Source: Bacteroidales bacterium (GTDB lineage: Bacteria; Bacteroidota; Bacteroidia; Bacteroidales; VadinHA17). Taken from it: 64,000 nt of DNA. The notes beneath the pieces are model-generated. The model made no database searches. It was not told the origin of the DNA and saw only the letters and a list, made by a program, of their open reading frames with translations. Both the position numbers and the translations under genes were made by a program. This document shows positions 9,802-19,979 of the stretch, piece by piece (the first letter of the stretch is position 1; each line of letters starts with the position of its first letter). The stretch spans positions 462 to 64,461 of the forward strand of contig JBJKPQ010000069.1 in NCBI GenBank assembly GCA_046706305.1. Reading direction: 5' to 3'.

Positions 9802-10495
9802 TATTATTAACCTGATCTACAGGATGATCACCTATAACCTGAAGATCATTTTTGCAAACCGTTTTATCTGGTTCCTGGCAGGTTCTGTAGCCTTTTACCT
9901 TGGATTGTCGGTTATTTATGTCTTCCAGGTTGCTGTGGCCCGTGTAAATGATCTTTACGGAGTCTTTTTATTCTCCGGGTTACTGCTTGTTTTTTATCCA
10001 TCCGTATTTGGCATACAGAATGACCAGGATGCCCGTACAATTGAGATTTTATTCGGCATTCCAAATTACAGGTACAAGGTTTGGCTGGTAAGGATCGTAC
10101 TCATCTTTTCAGTTTCTTTTCTGATAATGACAGGATTCACATTCCTTTCTTCGGTGCTTATCGTGAAATTCCCGTTTGTAAAAGTTGCGGCTCAGGTAAT
10201 GGTTCCTGTCATTTTCATCGGTATGATGGCCTTTATGCTTTCCACGGTAATCAGAAACGGCAACGGGACAGCTGTGGTGATGATAATATTCGGGCTGTTT
10301 TTCCTTATTCTTAGTGATTCTCTTCAGAAAAGCCAGTGGAATATTTTTCTGAATCCCTATGAACCACCTTACGATGTGAATGAGACAACCTGGGCAATAA
10401 TAACCCTTAAAAACAGGATCATACTTTTTTCGGGTTCAATAGTTTTCCTGCTTGCAGCACTCTTCAATCTTCAAAAAAGAGAAAAATTTATGTAG
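9776..10495 (+). CDS. Polytopic membrane protein, ABC-2-type permease-like (6 predicted TM helices)
   Basis: 239 aa with six hydrophobic segments and no soluble domain. It overlaps the stop of the upstream ATPase-containing ORF by 26 nt; an alternative ATG lies at 9824. Position and size fit the permease partner of an ABC-2 ATPase. Confidence 0.6.
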   Translation: MMKTNRLINIINLIYRMITYNLKIIFANRFIWFLAGSVAFYLGLSVIYVFQVAVARVNDLYGVFLFSGLLLVFYPSVFGIQNDQDARTIEILFGIPNYRYKVWLVRIVLIFSVSFLIMTGFTFLSSVLIVKFPFVKVAAQVMVPVIFIGMMAFMLSTVIRNGNGTAVVMIIFGLFFLILSDSLQKSQWNIFLNPYEPPYDVNETTWAIITLKNRIILFSGSIVFLLAALFNLQKREKFM

Positions 10496-10496
10496 T

Positions 10497-11681
10497 TCAG
10501 GATAAGGGTATTTTCATATCCACTCTTGCACCACGGTCGTTGTTATTTGAGAGAACGATGGTACCATTATGTGCTTCCATTATCATTTTGGCAAGAGGAA
10601 GACCGAGTCCCTGCGCGTTATCTTCTTTTTTATCACCAAATGAAAATATATTGAAGGCTTCCTTCATAATTTGATTATTGAAACCTTCTCCCTGGTCCCT
10701 TACTGAAATATTAATAAATTCATTCTCAGCCGTTGTTACAATTTCCACTTCACTGCCGGGAGGGGAAAATTTAACAGCATTATCAATGACATTTCTCAGA
10801 CATAGCTTCAAGAGTTCCCTCTCAGCTTTTATGTTATTACCGGTCCCTGTATAAACCCTGATCCGGATATCTTTCGACTGTATCTTTTCAATTCTGTCAG
10901 CCAGTACCCTGTCTATTATTTCATCCAGATGTACATCTTCCGGACAGATCTCTTTTGGCTTTGTCTTTAGACGGGTGATCAGCAAAGCATTTACTGAAAA
11001 CTGTTCAAGCCGCTGGACTGAAGCGTCGAGTATATTAACAAGAGCACTTATGTCTGCTGAACAATCCGATTCCTTTATGAGCTCTATGGGCCCCACCATA
11101 CCATTAAGCGGTGTCCTTATCTCATGGCTGATAAGATTCAAAAATTCCGATTTAGCTCTGTCGAGGTCGAGTAATTTTTCATTTAACATTTCCAGTTTCT
11201 CATTTGCCACTTTCAGTTGTGCGGTCCTTTCCTGAACCATGTCCTCAAGAGTGCAGTTTAAATCCTTAAGCTGTTCTATAGTAACCTTAAGTTTAAGGTG
11301 AGTTTTTACCCTCGACATAAGTTCCCTGCTGTCGAAGGGTTTTGTGACATAATCCTGTGCTCCTATTTCAAATCCCTTTAACATACTATCCCTCTCGGTA
11401 TTTGCAGAAAGAAAGATCACAGGCATATTATTATATTTGTTGTTCCCTCTTATCTCCCTGCAAACCTCAAACCCATTCATACCAGGCATATTAATGTCGA
11501 GCAATACCAGGTCAAAACTCTTTTTTTGAAGCCATTCCAGCGCTCCTTCACCACTTGTAGCAAACTCCACAGAAAACAGTTCTTCTTTTAGCAGGTTTCC
11601 TAATATCTGTAGGTTATAAGGATTATCATCAACAATAAGAATAACCGGACCAGTTGCTTCAGGGGGATTTATGTCGACCAT
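10497..11681 (-). CDS. Hybrid two-component protein: N-terminal receiver (REC) domain, coiled coil, HisKA and HATPase_c
   Basis: REC motifs ILIVDDNPYN, LVLLDINMPGMNG and KPF. H-box SHEIRTPLNG. G-boxes DQGEGF and GLGLPLAK. Confidence 0.9.
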   Translation of the reverse strand: MVDINPPEATGPVILIVDDNPYNLQILGNLLKEELFSVEFATSGEGALEWLQKKSFDLVLLDINMPGMNGFEVCREIRGNNKYNNMPVIFLSANTERDSMLKGFEIGAQDYVTKPFDSRELMSRVKTHLKLKVTIEQLKDLNCTLEDMVQERTAQLKVANEKLEMLNEKLLDLDRAKSEFLNLISHEIRTPLNGMVGPIELIKESDCSADISALVNILDASVQRLEQFSVNALLITRLKTKPKEICPEDVHLDEIIDRVLADRIEKIQSKDIRIRVYTGTGNNIKAERELLKLCLRNVIDNAVKFSPPGSEVEIVTTAENEFINISVRDQGEGFNNQIMKEAFNIFSFGDKKEDNAQGLGLPLAKMIMEAHNGTIVLSNNNDRGARVDMKIPLS

Positions 11682-11693
11682 GATTTAAAAAGT

Positions 11694-14600
11694 TTAATGT
11701 TTTTCAATACTATCAAGAAGGGATTTAAATTTTTCAATAAGTTTAAGCATCTCAGGGATATTGAATCTCTCGGCAGCATTCAGTACAGCTTTCCCGTAAG
11801 AAGTAATTATGGACGCATTATGATTTTCTCCCAGTTGTATCAGATCTTTGCCAAAATTTTTAATATCATCAAGAGGCTGGGTGGTGGAGAAAGAATTCCA
11901 TCTCACCAGGAAGTCTGATTCCAGAGATTTTATCAAACCCAGCAAATCAATAATCTCATTTAAGTTTTTCTCTTCATGGCTTTCAAAATCATGTTCAATC
12001 TCATTTTTAGTTCTGTAAGGCAGAATATTCATAAGAGTAAGGTACAGGTCGGTGATATTGACAGGCTTCATCAGAAGGCCAACAAAGTCACTTTTATAGA
12101 TCCTTTCTTTTTGTGTTTTAAGTACTGAAGCAGAGTACGCCAGTACAGGGACATCCTTTAGCCCGGGGTCTTCTTTCACCTTCTTTAGAAGTTGAAACCC
12201 ATCCATCCCGGGCATTCTGATATCAGCCACAATTAGATCGGGATGTATTTTACGTGCCAGTTTAAGACCGGGAATTCCTCCCGCAGCGGTATATACTTTT
12301 ATTCCGGTTTCTTTCAGTGCATCCTGCAGGTAATTCCTGTTATGCTCTATATCGTCAACTACAAGTATTGAAGCTTTGTTAAATACCACATCAGCCGGAT
12401 TAAGGGTTATCTCATTGTTCACAGTACTGTATTCGTTACGATAACTTATACCCGGAAGAAGAACAGTAAATTTGCTTCCCTTTCCCTTTTCGGATTCAAG
12501 TTTTATTGATCCGTCCATTAATGAAACAAGCCTTCTGCTAATTGCCAGTCCAAGACCGGTTCCGGTATGTTGTTTAAAATTATCACCCTGGATAAAAGGC
12601 TCAAAAACATTACGCTGTTGTTCTGTTGAAATACCTATACCGGTATCTTCAACTTCAATGATCAGATCAAGTACATTCTCCTTCCTGGCTTCTGAATATT
12701 CAACCAGGCGGGGATTTTGAGTTAATACCCTCAGGGTAATAACCCCTTTATTGGTAAACTTAACAGCATTACCCAGGAGGTTGAATACTATCTGACGCAG
12801 CCGTGCTTCATCAATATAGATACCGGAAGGTGTTCCTGAAGTGATATCCAGAAGAAACTGCAGGCCCTTTTCCGATATTTTATGAGAAAAGATTCTTTCA
12901 AATTCCGCGAAAAACAATTTTGATTCTACAAATCCGAATTCAAGCTCCAGCTTACCAGCTTCAATCTTCGACAGATCGAGAATATCGTTAATCAGTGTAA
13001 GAAGACTCTTGCCGCTTGTCTTAATCGAATTTACATAATTTTTAAGGTTCTCATCCGTGATTGAATGTGCAAGCAGGTCGGTATATCCCAGGACTGCATT
13101 CATAGGGGTCCGTATTTCATGACTCATATTGGCCAGGAACTCACTCTTTGCCCTGTTGGCTTCTTCAGCAGTTTTCCTTGCCTGTTTAAGAGCAATCTCC
13201 GACATTTTTCTTTCCGTGATATCAAAAAGTGTGGACCTGCTTTGCATATAGTTACCACTGCTATCATATACTGCTGTACCATTGAGGCTTATAAAGAAAG
13301 TTGAGCCATCCTTTCTTATAAGTTCAAATTCAAGGTTGTTGATATAGCCGGTCTTCTTGAATTTTGGAAAATTATCACGGAATGTCTCAACACTGCTTCC
13401 CGTTAATAGTTCTGTGAAGGTCTTTTTATTCACAAGTTCTTCCTTTGTATACCCCAACCAGTTTACCTCAGTGTTGTTGATTCTTATTATTCTCCCGTTA
13501 ACATCCAGAGAGTGGTAACCACATGGTGCATTTTCATAAAGGTCGCTTGTCTCTTCAATTGCCCTGTTAAGTTCTGCAGTCCTTGCTGCTATAAGTTCCT
13601 CAAGATGCAGACGATACTTATCAAGTTCCTCACGGTTCTTTTTTGTTTCGGAAATATCACGGCAACTGCCAAAGACCATACCTCCCGGAAGTATGACAGC
13701 ATTGAGATCGGCGTATACTGTTCTGCCATCTTTTGCCAGCAGACCTATCTCCGTTCTGAATTTCCCCCTTTCAAGGATTTTCCTGAAGATCATAAGATGA
13801 TCTTTCTCCATGCCGGGAGGTGAGAGATTTGCTATTGTCATGAAAAGCATCTCCTGCTGGCTGTAACCAAGAAGTGTTTCAGATGCTTTATTCACGAAGA
13901 TATACTTTCCGTTCTCGTCGGTTATAAATATTGCATCAGCAGAATTTTCAGTGATAGAACGGAATTTTTCTTCACTTTCCTTTAAGGAATTCTCAGCATT
14001 CCTTTTTTCTGTCATGTCCTGTGAAAAGATAACAAGTCCTTCAGGTACAGGCTGCATATTAAGTTCAAACCATCCTTTGGATCCGTCGGGATATGTGAAC
14101 TCATTAAGCATTAAATGTTGTTGTCTTTTCTCCATGGACCATTTGAGATTACGGAACATTTTAGTGTCTTCTATGCCCGGATATATCTCATTCATTGATT
14201 TACCCAACATGACCGAGGCAGTAGTTTTGGCCTGTTTTTCCACCTCCCTGTTAACATAAAGGTATTTATAGTCAAAGCTGATTATCTGGCACCCTTCGAG
14301 CATATTATCCAGGGTGGAACGAAAACGTTCCTCATTTCTTGATAATGATGCGGTGCGTTCTTTAACACGTGTCTCCAGCCTGTCATTAAGTATTTTTACC
14401 TCATCCAGTGCTTTCCTCCGCTGAACAATATTCCGTCGAATGAAAATAAATATAATGATGAGCAACAACAGCAGAACAGGAAGGTTGATATATGCTATCA
14501 TCTGTGCCTTATGGGAATGTTCTGCCTCAACAGCATTACGGGCAAGAAGTTTCCTGTTCTCTTCATATCGTAAGGTATCGATCAATGCTTTAATTCTTTC

Positions 14601-15698
14601 ATTTACCACTTTCTCACGGTTTGAAATAAAATAAGCAACGGCAGCATTTTTCCCGTTAGAATCGATTATTCTGACAATAGAATCAGCATGCTTAATCCTT
14701 TTAAAAATCAGCGATTGCAACTTCAAAAAATCATGCAACTGCGTTGTATCTTTCATAAAGTTATAATGCAGGCTATCAAGACTCAAACGGATGCCGGGCA
14801 GGGCTTTTTTCACGGGACCCAGATATTCCTTATCCCCGTTAATCAGGTAACTCCCAACTCCCGTTTCTACGCTGTTGATTTCTCCCAGTAATTCATTAAG
14901 TTCGTTCTTAATGACCTGTGTTGATTCAACACTGCTGCTAACTGTACGAATTGACATAAAACCTGATACAGATAAAAGAGTCAGAAAAATAGTGGCAATG
15001 CCGACAAGTACCAGGACTGAGAAAAGTTTTTGCTCAACCGATATCCTCAGCTTTCCCCTGTTAAATAATATTACGGCCTGAGCCACACTGGATAATATGA
15101 AGAGCACAGTTGCAAGAACAGCCATATCCCTGTACCCGGTTGCACCTGTGAACTCTGCCATACCCAGGATAAACCCCGTAAGGCCAAACAGGCTTACAGA
15201 AAAAGTAAAAACGAGCGAAAATATTGTGAAGTAGGTATACCTGAGTTCTTTGTCTGCCAGTAAAAACAATACCACACCGCTAAATACAAGGCTTATAGCA
15301 GCATTCAGAGCCATGCGTGTGGACCCCGTAAAATCTCCTGCAAGGTATGTCCCGCGAAACAGGATCTCATCGAAGCCATGACCAACACCCAGTATAAATT
15401 CAAAAACTGTTATTAATCCTATCGCAAATACAAGAACCGATAGGAATTTAGCAACAAGAAATATCTTCTTTCCCCGGAACCTGAGAAGAATTATATTTAA
15501 GCCGATTAAGAAAAAACCAGCTCCCAGATTGGCTTTCATTGCTACAGGACCAAAAAGAAAAGTCTGCAAATAAACTATATTCTTCTGCCAGCCAATAATG
15601 ACAAGAAGTCCTGATATTAGCACCACAATCCCGGCCAGCGTAACAGTGTTTTCTGCAAGACCGGCTTTACGGGCTTTATAGGAATCAGTAGATTTCAT
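11694..15698 (-). CDS. Large hybrid sensor histidine kinase: multi-TM N-terminal sensor, helical periplasmic module, several PAS domains, HisKA, HATPase_c, REC and a helical C-terminal tail
   Basis: About 8 N-terminal hydrophobic helices plus one further TM (INLPVLLLLLIIIFIFI). Repeated PAS-like blocks. H-box SHEIRTPMNAVLGYTDLL. DTGIGI and GTGLGLAISR boxes. REC motifs ILVVDDIEHN and IVADIRMPGMDG. Confidence 0.9.
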   Translation of the reverse strand: MKSTDSYKARKAGLAENTVTLAGIVVLISGLLVIIGWQKNIVYLQTFLFGPVAMKANLGAGFFLIGLNIILLRFRGKKIFLVAKFLSVLVFAIGLITVFEFILGVGHGFDEILFRGTYLAGDFTGSTRMALNAAISLVFSGVVLFLLADKELRYTYFTIFSLVFTFSVSLFGLTGFILGMAEFTGATGYRDMAVLATVLFILSSVAQAVILFNRGKLRISVEQKLFSVLVLVGIATIFLTLLSVSGFMSIRTVSSSVESTQVIKNELNELLGEINSVETGVGSYLINGDKEYLGPVKKALPGIRLSLDSLHYNFMKDTTQLHDFLKLQSLIFKRIKHADSIVRIIDSNGKNAAVAYFISNREKVVNERIKALIDTLRYEENRKLLARNAVEAEHSHKAQMIAYINLPVLLLLLIIIFIFIRRNIVQRRKALDEVKILNDRLETRVKERTASLSRNEERFRSTLDNMLEGCQIISFDYKYLYVNREVEKQAKTTASVMLGKSMNEIYPGIEDTKMFRNLKWSMEKRQQHLMLNEFTYPDGSKGWFELNMQPVPEGLVIFSQDMTEKRNAENSLKESEEKFRSITENSADAIFITDENGKYIFVNKASETLLGYSQQEMLFMTIANLSPPGMEKDHLMIFRKILERGKFRTEIGLLAKDGRTVYADLNAVILPGGMVFGSCRDISETKKNREELDKYRLHLEELIAARTAELNRAIEETSDLYENAPCGYHSLDVNGRIIRINNTEVNWLGYTKEELVNKKTFTELLTGSSVETFRDNFPKFKKTGYINNLEFELIRKDGSTFFISLNGTAVYDSSGNYMQSRSTLFDITERKMSEIALKQARKTAEEANRAKSEFLANMSHEIRTPMNAVLGYTDLLAHSITDENLKNYVNSIKTSGKSLLTLINDILDLSKIEAGKLELEFGFVESKLFFAEFERIFSHKISEKGLQFLLDITSGTPSGIYIDEARLRQIVFNLLGNAVKFTNKGVITLRVLTQNPRLVEYSEARKENVLDLIIEVEDTGIGISTEQQRNVFEPFIQGDNFKQHTGTGLGLAISRRLVSLMDGSIKLESEKGKGSKFTVLLPGISYRNEYSTVNNEITLNPADVVFNKASILVVDDIEHNRNYLQDALKETGIKVYTAAGGIPGLKLARKIHPDLIVADIRMPGMDGFQLLKKVKEDPGLKDVPVLAYSASVLKTQKERIYKSDFVGLLMKPVNITDLYLTLMNILPYRTKNEIEHDFESHEEKNLNEIIDLLGLIKSLESDFLVRWNSFSTTQPLDDIKNFGKDLIQLGENHNASIITSYGKAVLNAAERFNIPEMLKLIEKFKSLLDSIEKH

Positions 15699-16075
15699 CC
15701 CTTAAGAATTGAAAATTAATGACCTGGTTAACAATACCAGTACCAACTTAATTCCACCTCACCAAGGAAGGAATACCATCAATATATTACAGTGTGCTTA
15801 GTCAAATCAGATTCAGCAGTCCTAACAATAAATCAAAGTTACAAAAAAATGTTTATATCAAACATTCTGCTTGAACAAAACATCTTCAGAGAGTGATCCT
15901 TAGTAAATTAGACCACATTTTGTTATTAAACGGTCGTGTTGTTTAATAAGATTACCTGAAAAAACAGGTTTAACCTTAATGCAACACAGGTTGTCCGCCG
16001 GTCCGATCAAATTTTTTCACCAGTGAACACCTGTAATATGTTAAGGATTAATACTGCAAACAATGCTGCAAGCCA

Positions 16076-17425
16076 TTACTTTAACCTCTGAAGGAAAATG
16101 CCCAACATACCTGAATTACGTATTAGTTCGAGTTTTTTCAGATAGAGGTTTGTTTTTATTGTTTCAACCTCCGTAACAGCCTCCTGAAAATCTGTTTCCG
16201 AGTTAAGCATATCATAATTTCTTATCAGACCTTTGGAAAGCCTGTCTCTGTAAAGGATAAGGTTTCTTTTAAGAAGGTCTTCATTCTGTTCAGCGAGTCT
16301 AGCCTGTTTTTCAAGCGATTCAATATCGCGGACCAGCTTCAGGTTCTTATTTTCTATATCAGCTTCCCTGTCTTTCAGCCTGTATTCCATGCTTTCCTTC
16401 TGCAACCGGAGCTGTTTTATCTTACCCGCAGTTCCGCTGCCTGATATTATGGGCAATTTAAGAGACAAGCCCACATAACTGCTCCCATACCAGCCGGCAC
16501 TGCCTGCCGGTTTAAACTGCTGCGTATACTGGTTTGTCCCGAGAAATCCCTGAATACCGGCTTTTGGCAAATGGGATGCTCTCTCCGATTTTATTGTGTT
16601 CCCTGTAAGTTCACTGTTAAGACTAATCTCTTTCAGCGATGGAATAGAATCGAAATACGGTCCGGACGGCACAGAGAAAAGACCGTCTCTTTCAAAGGGT
16701 TTAAAGTCATACTGAGCTGTCAGTAAAACATCAAGCTGAATTCCTGTAAGAAAGCTCATGTAAATCTTCTCTTTAACAAGTTCAGAATACGACTGTCTGA
16801 ATAATGACAATGCTTTATTATGATTGATCATGGCACTATTGAGGTCGGTTTCATAAACCTTACCTTCATCATAACCAGCCCTGACAAGCTGCAATGTTGC
16901 GAATGTACCTGCAGTATCCAGTTCAGAAGCGGCTAACTGTTGTTGCTTAAGCCAGATTAGAAGGTAACTGTTTATTACCTCATATTTAAGATCCTGTTCA
17001 GCCGAAACAAGGTTATTATTCTCAATTTTCTCATTAATGCGGCTTCCGGCGAGTCTTGTCTTTATTGTTCTGTCTATTAGTGGCTGGTATAAACTCAGGC
17101 CAAGGCTTTGCTGCCACTTTGTACCGAATTTGATTGCCTGTGTGGCATCCGTTGGCACTGGATAAAAAAGCCCTACCGGAATGATCTGGGCAGGAATAGC
17201 AATGTTATACCTGAAATCGTACCCTGCCGAAACTTGCGGAAGATACCCGGCCAGTACGGATTTCGTCTGAAAGCCTGCAGCTATTCTGTCAGTTCTGGCG
17301 GCTTTTATATCATTCTTATTATTCAGCGCCGACTGAATGCACTGTGGCAATGTTATTGAATCAGGCTGAGCATTTAATATGAAAGAGAAAATAACAAAAA
17401 ATATGGAGATGAAAAGTTTTCTCAT
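16076..17425 (-). CDS. TolC-family outer membrane efflux protein
   Basis: Signal peptide followed by two tandem TolC-like repeats. Last gene of the ABC exporter operon on the minus strand. Confidence 0.85.
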   Translation of the reverse strand: MRKLFISIFFVIFSFILNAQPDSITLPQCIQSALNNKNDIKAARTDRIAAGFQTKSVLAGYLPQVSAGYDFRYNIAIPAQIIPVGLFYPVPTDATQAIKFGTKWQQSLGLSLYQPLIDRTIKTRLAGSRINEKIENNNLVSAEQDLKYEVINSYLLIWLKQQQLAASELDTAGTFATLQLVRAGYDEGKVYETDLNSAMINHNKALSLFRQSYSELVKEKIYMSFLTGIQLDVLLTAQYDFKPFERDGLFSVPSGPYFDSIPSLKEISLNSELTGNTIKSERASHLPKAGIQGFLGTNQYTQQFKPAGSAGWYGSSYVGLSLKLPIISGSGTAGKIKQLRLQKESMEYRLKDREADIENKNLKLVRDIESLEKQARLAEQNEDLLKRNLILYRDRLSKGLIRNYDMLNSETDFQEAVTEVETIKTNLYLKKLELIRNSGMLGIFLQRLK

Positions 17426-17442
17426 TTGATAATATTTTTATT

Positions 17443-18585
17443 TTAAATTCTGAATACCGAAGCCGGTTCCACCTTCCTGATTGTCCTTATGGAAAAGAAG
17501 AGAGAGCTGCCTACTGAAATAAATATTGTTACCATGAAAAGAATAAAATACTGTAATAAGGAATAGCTTATTACAAGTCCTGCCTTGGAGACTCCAAGCT
17601 TAAAACCCGCAAGCAGGATAAGAGCAAGAAGAAAGCCTGTTACTGCAAAAAGGAAAGACTGGGTAAGGATCAGCTTTGTAATATACCAGTTAGTGGCACC
17701 AATAGCCTTCAGCGTACCATAATCCCTTACCCTGTCAATAGCAGATGAGTACAAGGTGAGGCCTATTATAAAAAACCCGCTAATTATTGCAAAAATGACA
17801 AGAGATCCTATGCTTGTGCCAATATTAGAAGAGATGGTGATGTAAGATACGGTCGCTTTTTTAAGTTTTTCAGCGTTCCATGCCCTTATTCCGTATATTG
17901 AAGAATTAATATTTTTAACTACATCATCGGTGTTAAAGCCCTTTGCCACCTGTACAGCGACAGCATTGACCTTTGTATCGGGCATTGACGCGAAATAACG
18001 TGCCCTTGAGAGCGATGTATATATAAAGGACCCGCCAAATCCCCTGGCATTTTTTGTCTGTAATCTCACTAAGGCACTTTTGCCGTTTATCTCAACCCTG
18101 GTACCTTTTTCAACTGGATAATCATATACGGGTCTGTCAAAATAGTCAGTTGATATTGCCTCATCCTCACTTAGATCCAAAAGACTGCCATCGACAATTT
18201 TATTTGGACGAGGGCCTGCTACAAAGAGAGGCGGATCGCTGCCAATGAGTATTACGGGCGAAATCTTACCATTTGGAAACTTAACAGACGCACCTGCCAC
18301 AACTATCGGATATGTGTTTTTTACACCACTGATACTCCTCAGTTCAGTAACAATACCTTTATCAATCTTCCCTAACTCATTAGCATTGCGAGTTATATTG
18401 TCAACAACCCAAATTTTGGCAATGTCGTCGCGTGAATTTGAAATTAAACCTCCCATAAGACCTGTAAGAAACTGGAATATTCCAACCTGCTGACCAATCA
18501 GAAAAATACTGACAACAATCCCTATAATAACTCCAATACTTTTTACCCTGTCGTATTTAATGAACCTGAATGCGGTTTTTATCAT
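17443..18585 (-). CDS. ABC transporter permease, FtsX/MacB-DevC type
   Basis: One N-terminal TM, a periplasmic domain of about 220 aa, then three C-terminal TMs with the FtsX-like segment (RDYGTLKAIGATNWYI). Confidence 0.88.
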   Translation of the reverse strand: MIKTAFRFIKYDRVKSIGVIIGIVVSIFLIGQQVGIFQFLTGLMGGLISNSRDDIAKIWVVDNITRNANELGKIDKGIVTELRSISGVKNTYPIVVAGASVKFPNGKISPVILIGSDPPLFVAGPRPNKIVDGSLLDLSEDEAISTDYFDRPVYDYPVEKGTRVEINGKSALVRLQTKNARGFGGSFIYTSLSRARYFASMPDTKVNAVAVQVAKGFNTDDVVKNINSSIYGIRAWNAEKLKKATVSYITISSNIGTSIGSLVIFAIISGFFIIGLTLYSSAIDRVRDYGTLKAIGATNWYITKLILTQSFLFAVTGFLLALILLAGFKLGVSKAGLVISYSLLQYFILFMVTIFISVGSSLFFSIRTIRKVEPASVFRI

Positions 18586-18593
18586 GACACAGA

Positions 18594-19538
18594 CTATTTA
18601 ACCTTTATTACACATTCGACCTTGGAATTAAGAATTATATCTGAAGTTGCGGGCAATGAGATCTTTACCTGTCTCACCCGCCTGTCCTCCTGTTCTCCTG
18701 CTTTGCCTGAGAACAAGGATTTCCTGGTCAGATAAGGAGAAACGAATATCAATTTCCCCGATGCAATAGATGAATCACTCCCTATAAAGCGTATCTCGGC
18801 ATCCTGCCCTTTCAATAGACGATCTGCAAACAGTTCGTCTATCTCCGCCCTTACAATTTCAGGACCCGATGGGGCAAGTTCAGCATATTTACCTAAAGCG
18901 GAAACTGAAGATCCTTCTTTTGCATTCAGGCTAAGCAATATACCGTCGCAGGGTGATCTTAATACCTTTTTACCTGCATTTACGGTGGCTATGCGAAGAT
19001 TGTCCCTGAAACCATTAAGCCTGTTTTCCTCAATTCCGAGTGTGGCAGCAGCTTTAAGAGTATCAAGAATCAATGACCTAACCTCTGTTTCAAGATCATC
19101 CAGGTTACTGGATGTCTCGGCCCCCTTACTCAATAATTCGCGGTTCGATTCTAGCAAGCTGTTTTTCCTTGCCAGCTTCACCTTTGCATCACGCATGTTA
19201 AGTACAGCCAGTTCCACCTGTCCTTCCTGCAAAAGCACCTGAGACCTCAGCTGCTTTATATTCAGCCTGTCTGTTTCGTCATCAAGCCTGATAACAGGCT
19301 CATTTGATTTAACATAATCACCCTCCTTTTTGACAACTTCCGTGACTATTCCTCCGGTAGCAGCTGCCAGGTCGATGATGCCATCGGCGGGTTCGACAAC
19401 CCCTGTTCCAACAACCTGCTTAACATTAACTTCTTCACTGTTGACAGCAGCTGCGCTGAGAGAATCACCGGCCGGGTTCTTTTTTCCACATCCCGCCAGA
19501 AAAACTGTTACTATAATTAAAAAGATTGTCCTCTTCAT
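18594..19538 (-). CDS. HlyD-family periplasmic adaptor lipoprotein (MacA/DevB-like)
   Basis: Lipobox FLAGCG. Barrel-sandwich motifs and a central coiled coil. The start ATG shares one base with the upstream stop (TAATG overlap at 19536-19540). Confidence 0.85.
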   Translation of the reverse strand: MKRTIFLIIVTVFLAGCGKKNPAGDSLSAAAVNSEEVNVKQVVGTGVVEPADGIIDLAAATGGIVTEVVKKEGDYVKSNEPVIRLDDETDRLNIKQLRSQVLLQEGQVELAVLNMRDAKVKLARKNSLLESNRELLSKGAETSSNLDDLETEVRSLILDTLKAAATLGIEENRLNGFRDNLRIATVNAGKKVLRSPCDGILLSLNAKEGSSVSALGKYAELAPSGPEIVRAEIDELFADRLLKGQDAEIRFIGSDSSIASGKLIFVSPYLTRKSLFSGKAGEQEDRRVRQVKISLPATSDIILNSKVECVIKVK

Positions 19539-19969
19539 TACAATATGTATTTTATTTTAATATCAATTGTTTTATTATCTCTGCCAATGGTGAACTTCGA
19601 ATCATCAAAACTTGGTGGCCCCATTGTCTTTGGATTGTTGGAAGAACCCAGGCCTTCTTTAGGGATTCCAATAAAATTGGTGTCGGTCTTTCCATTATCA
19701 TTGGCATCATGTACTACTGCAACCGAATATATCCCTGGTTCAAGGTCGTTAAACACAGCCTGTGATTTCTTATTGATTATATCAGCTACCACCTTTCTGA
19801 AAGCTTTCTCAGGGGCTGTAGGAAAACCATCTTTTTTATTATAAAGGTATACATCACATTTACCCTTATCATTCCTGAAACCCGTAACTTCAACAGTTAA
19901 TCTCGTTGTCTGTCCGTATGCCGGGAAAATTAAGGACATTAAGAGCATGAAAAATATGGCGTACTTCAT
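19538..19969 (-). CDS. DUF2141-family secreted protein
   Basis: Signal peptide MKYAIFFMLLMSLIFPAYGQ and the characteristic block VHDANDNGKTDTNFIGIPKEGLGSSNNPK..GPPSFDDSKF. I place the start at ATG 19969; the longer track ORF reaching 20038 would overlap the upstream ATPase gene. Confidence 0.8.
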   Translation of the reverse strand: MKYAIFFMLLMSLIFPAYGQTTRLTVEVTGFRNDKGKCDVYLYNKKDGFPTAPEKAFRKVVADIINKKSQAVFNDLEPGIYSVAVVHDANDNGKTDTNFIGIPKEGLGSSNNPKTMGPPSFDDSKFTIGRDNKTIDIKIKYIL

Positions 19970-19979
19970 CACAATTTTT

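Noticed and set aside
15699-16075. 377-bp intergenic region scanned for a small RNA, riboswitch or terminator (includes the AATGTTT atatc AAACATT inverted repeat)
   Set aside because: I found only weak, short hairpins without convincing T-tracts or conserved riboswitch motifs. The region most likely holds the kinase-operon promoter and the tolC 3' UTR.
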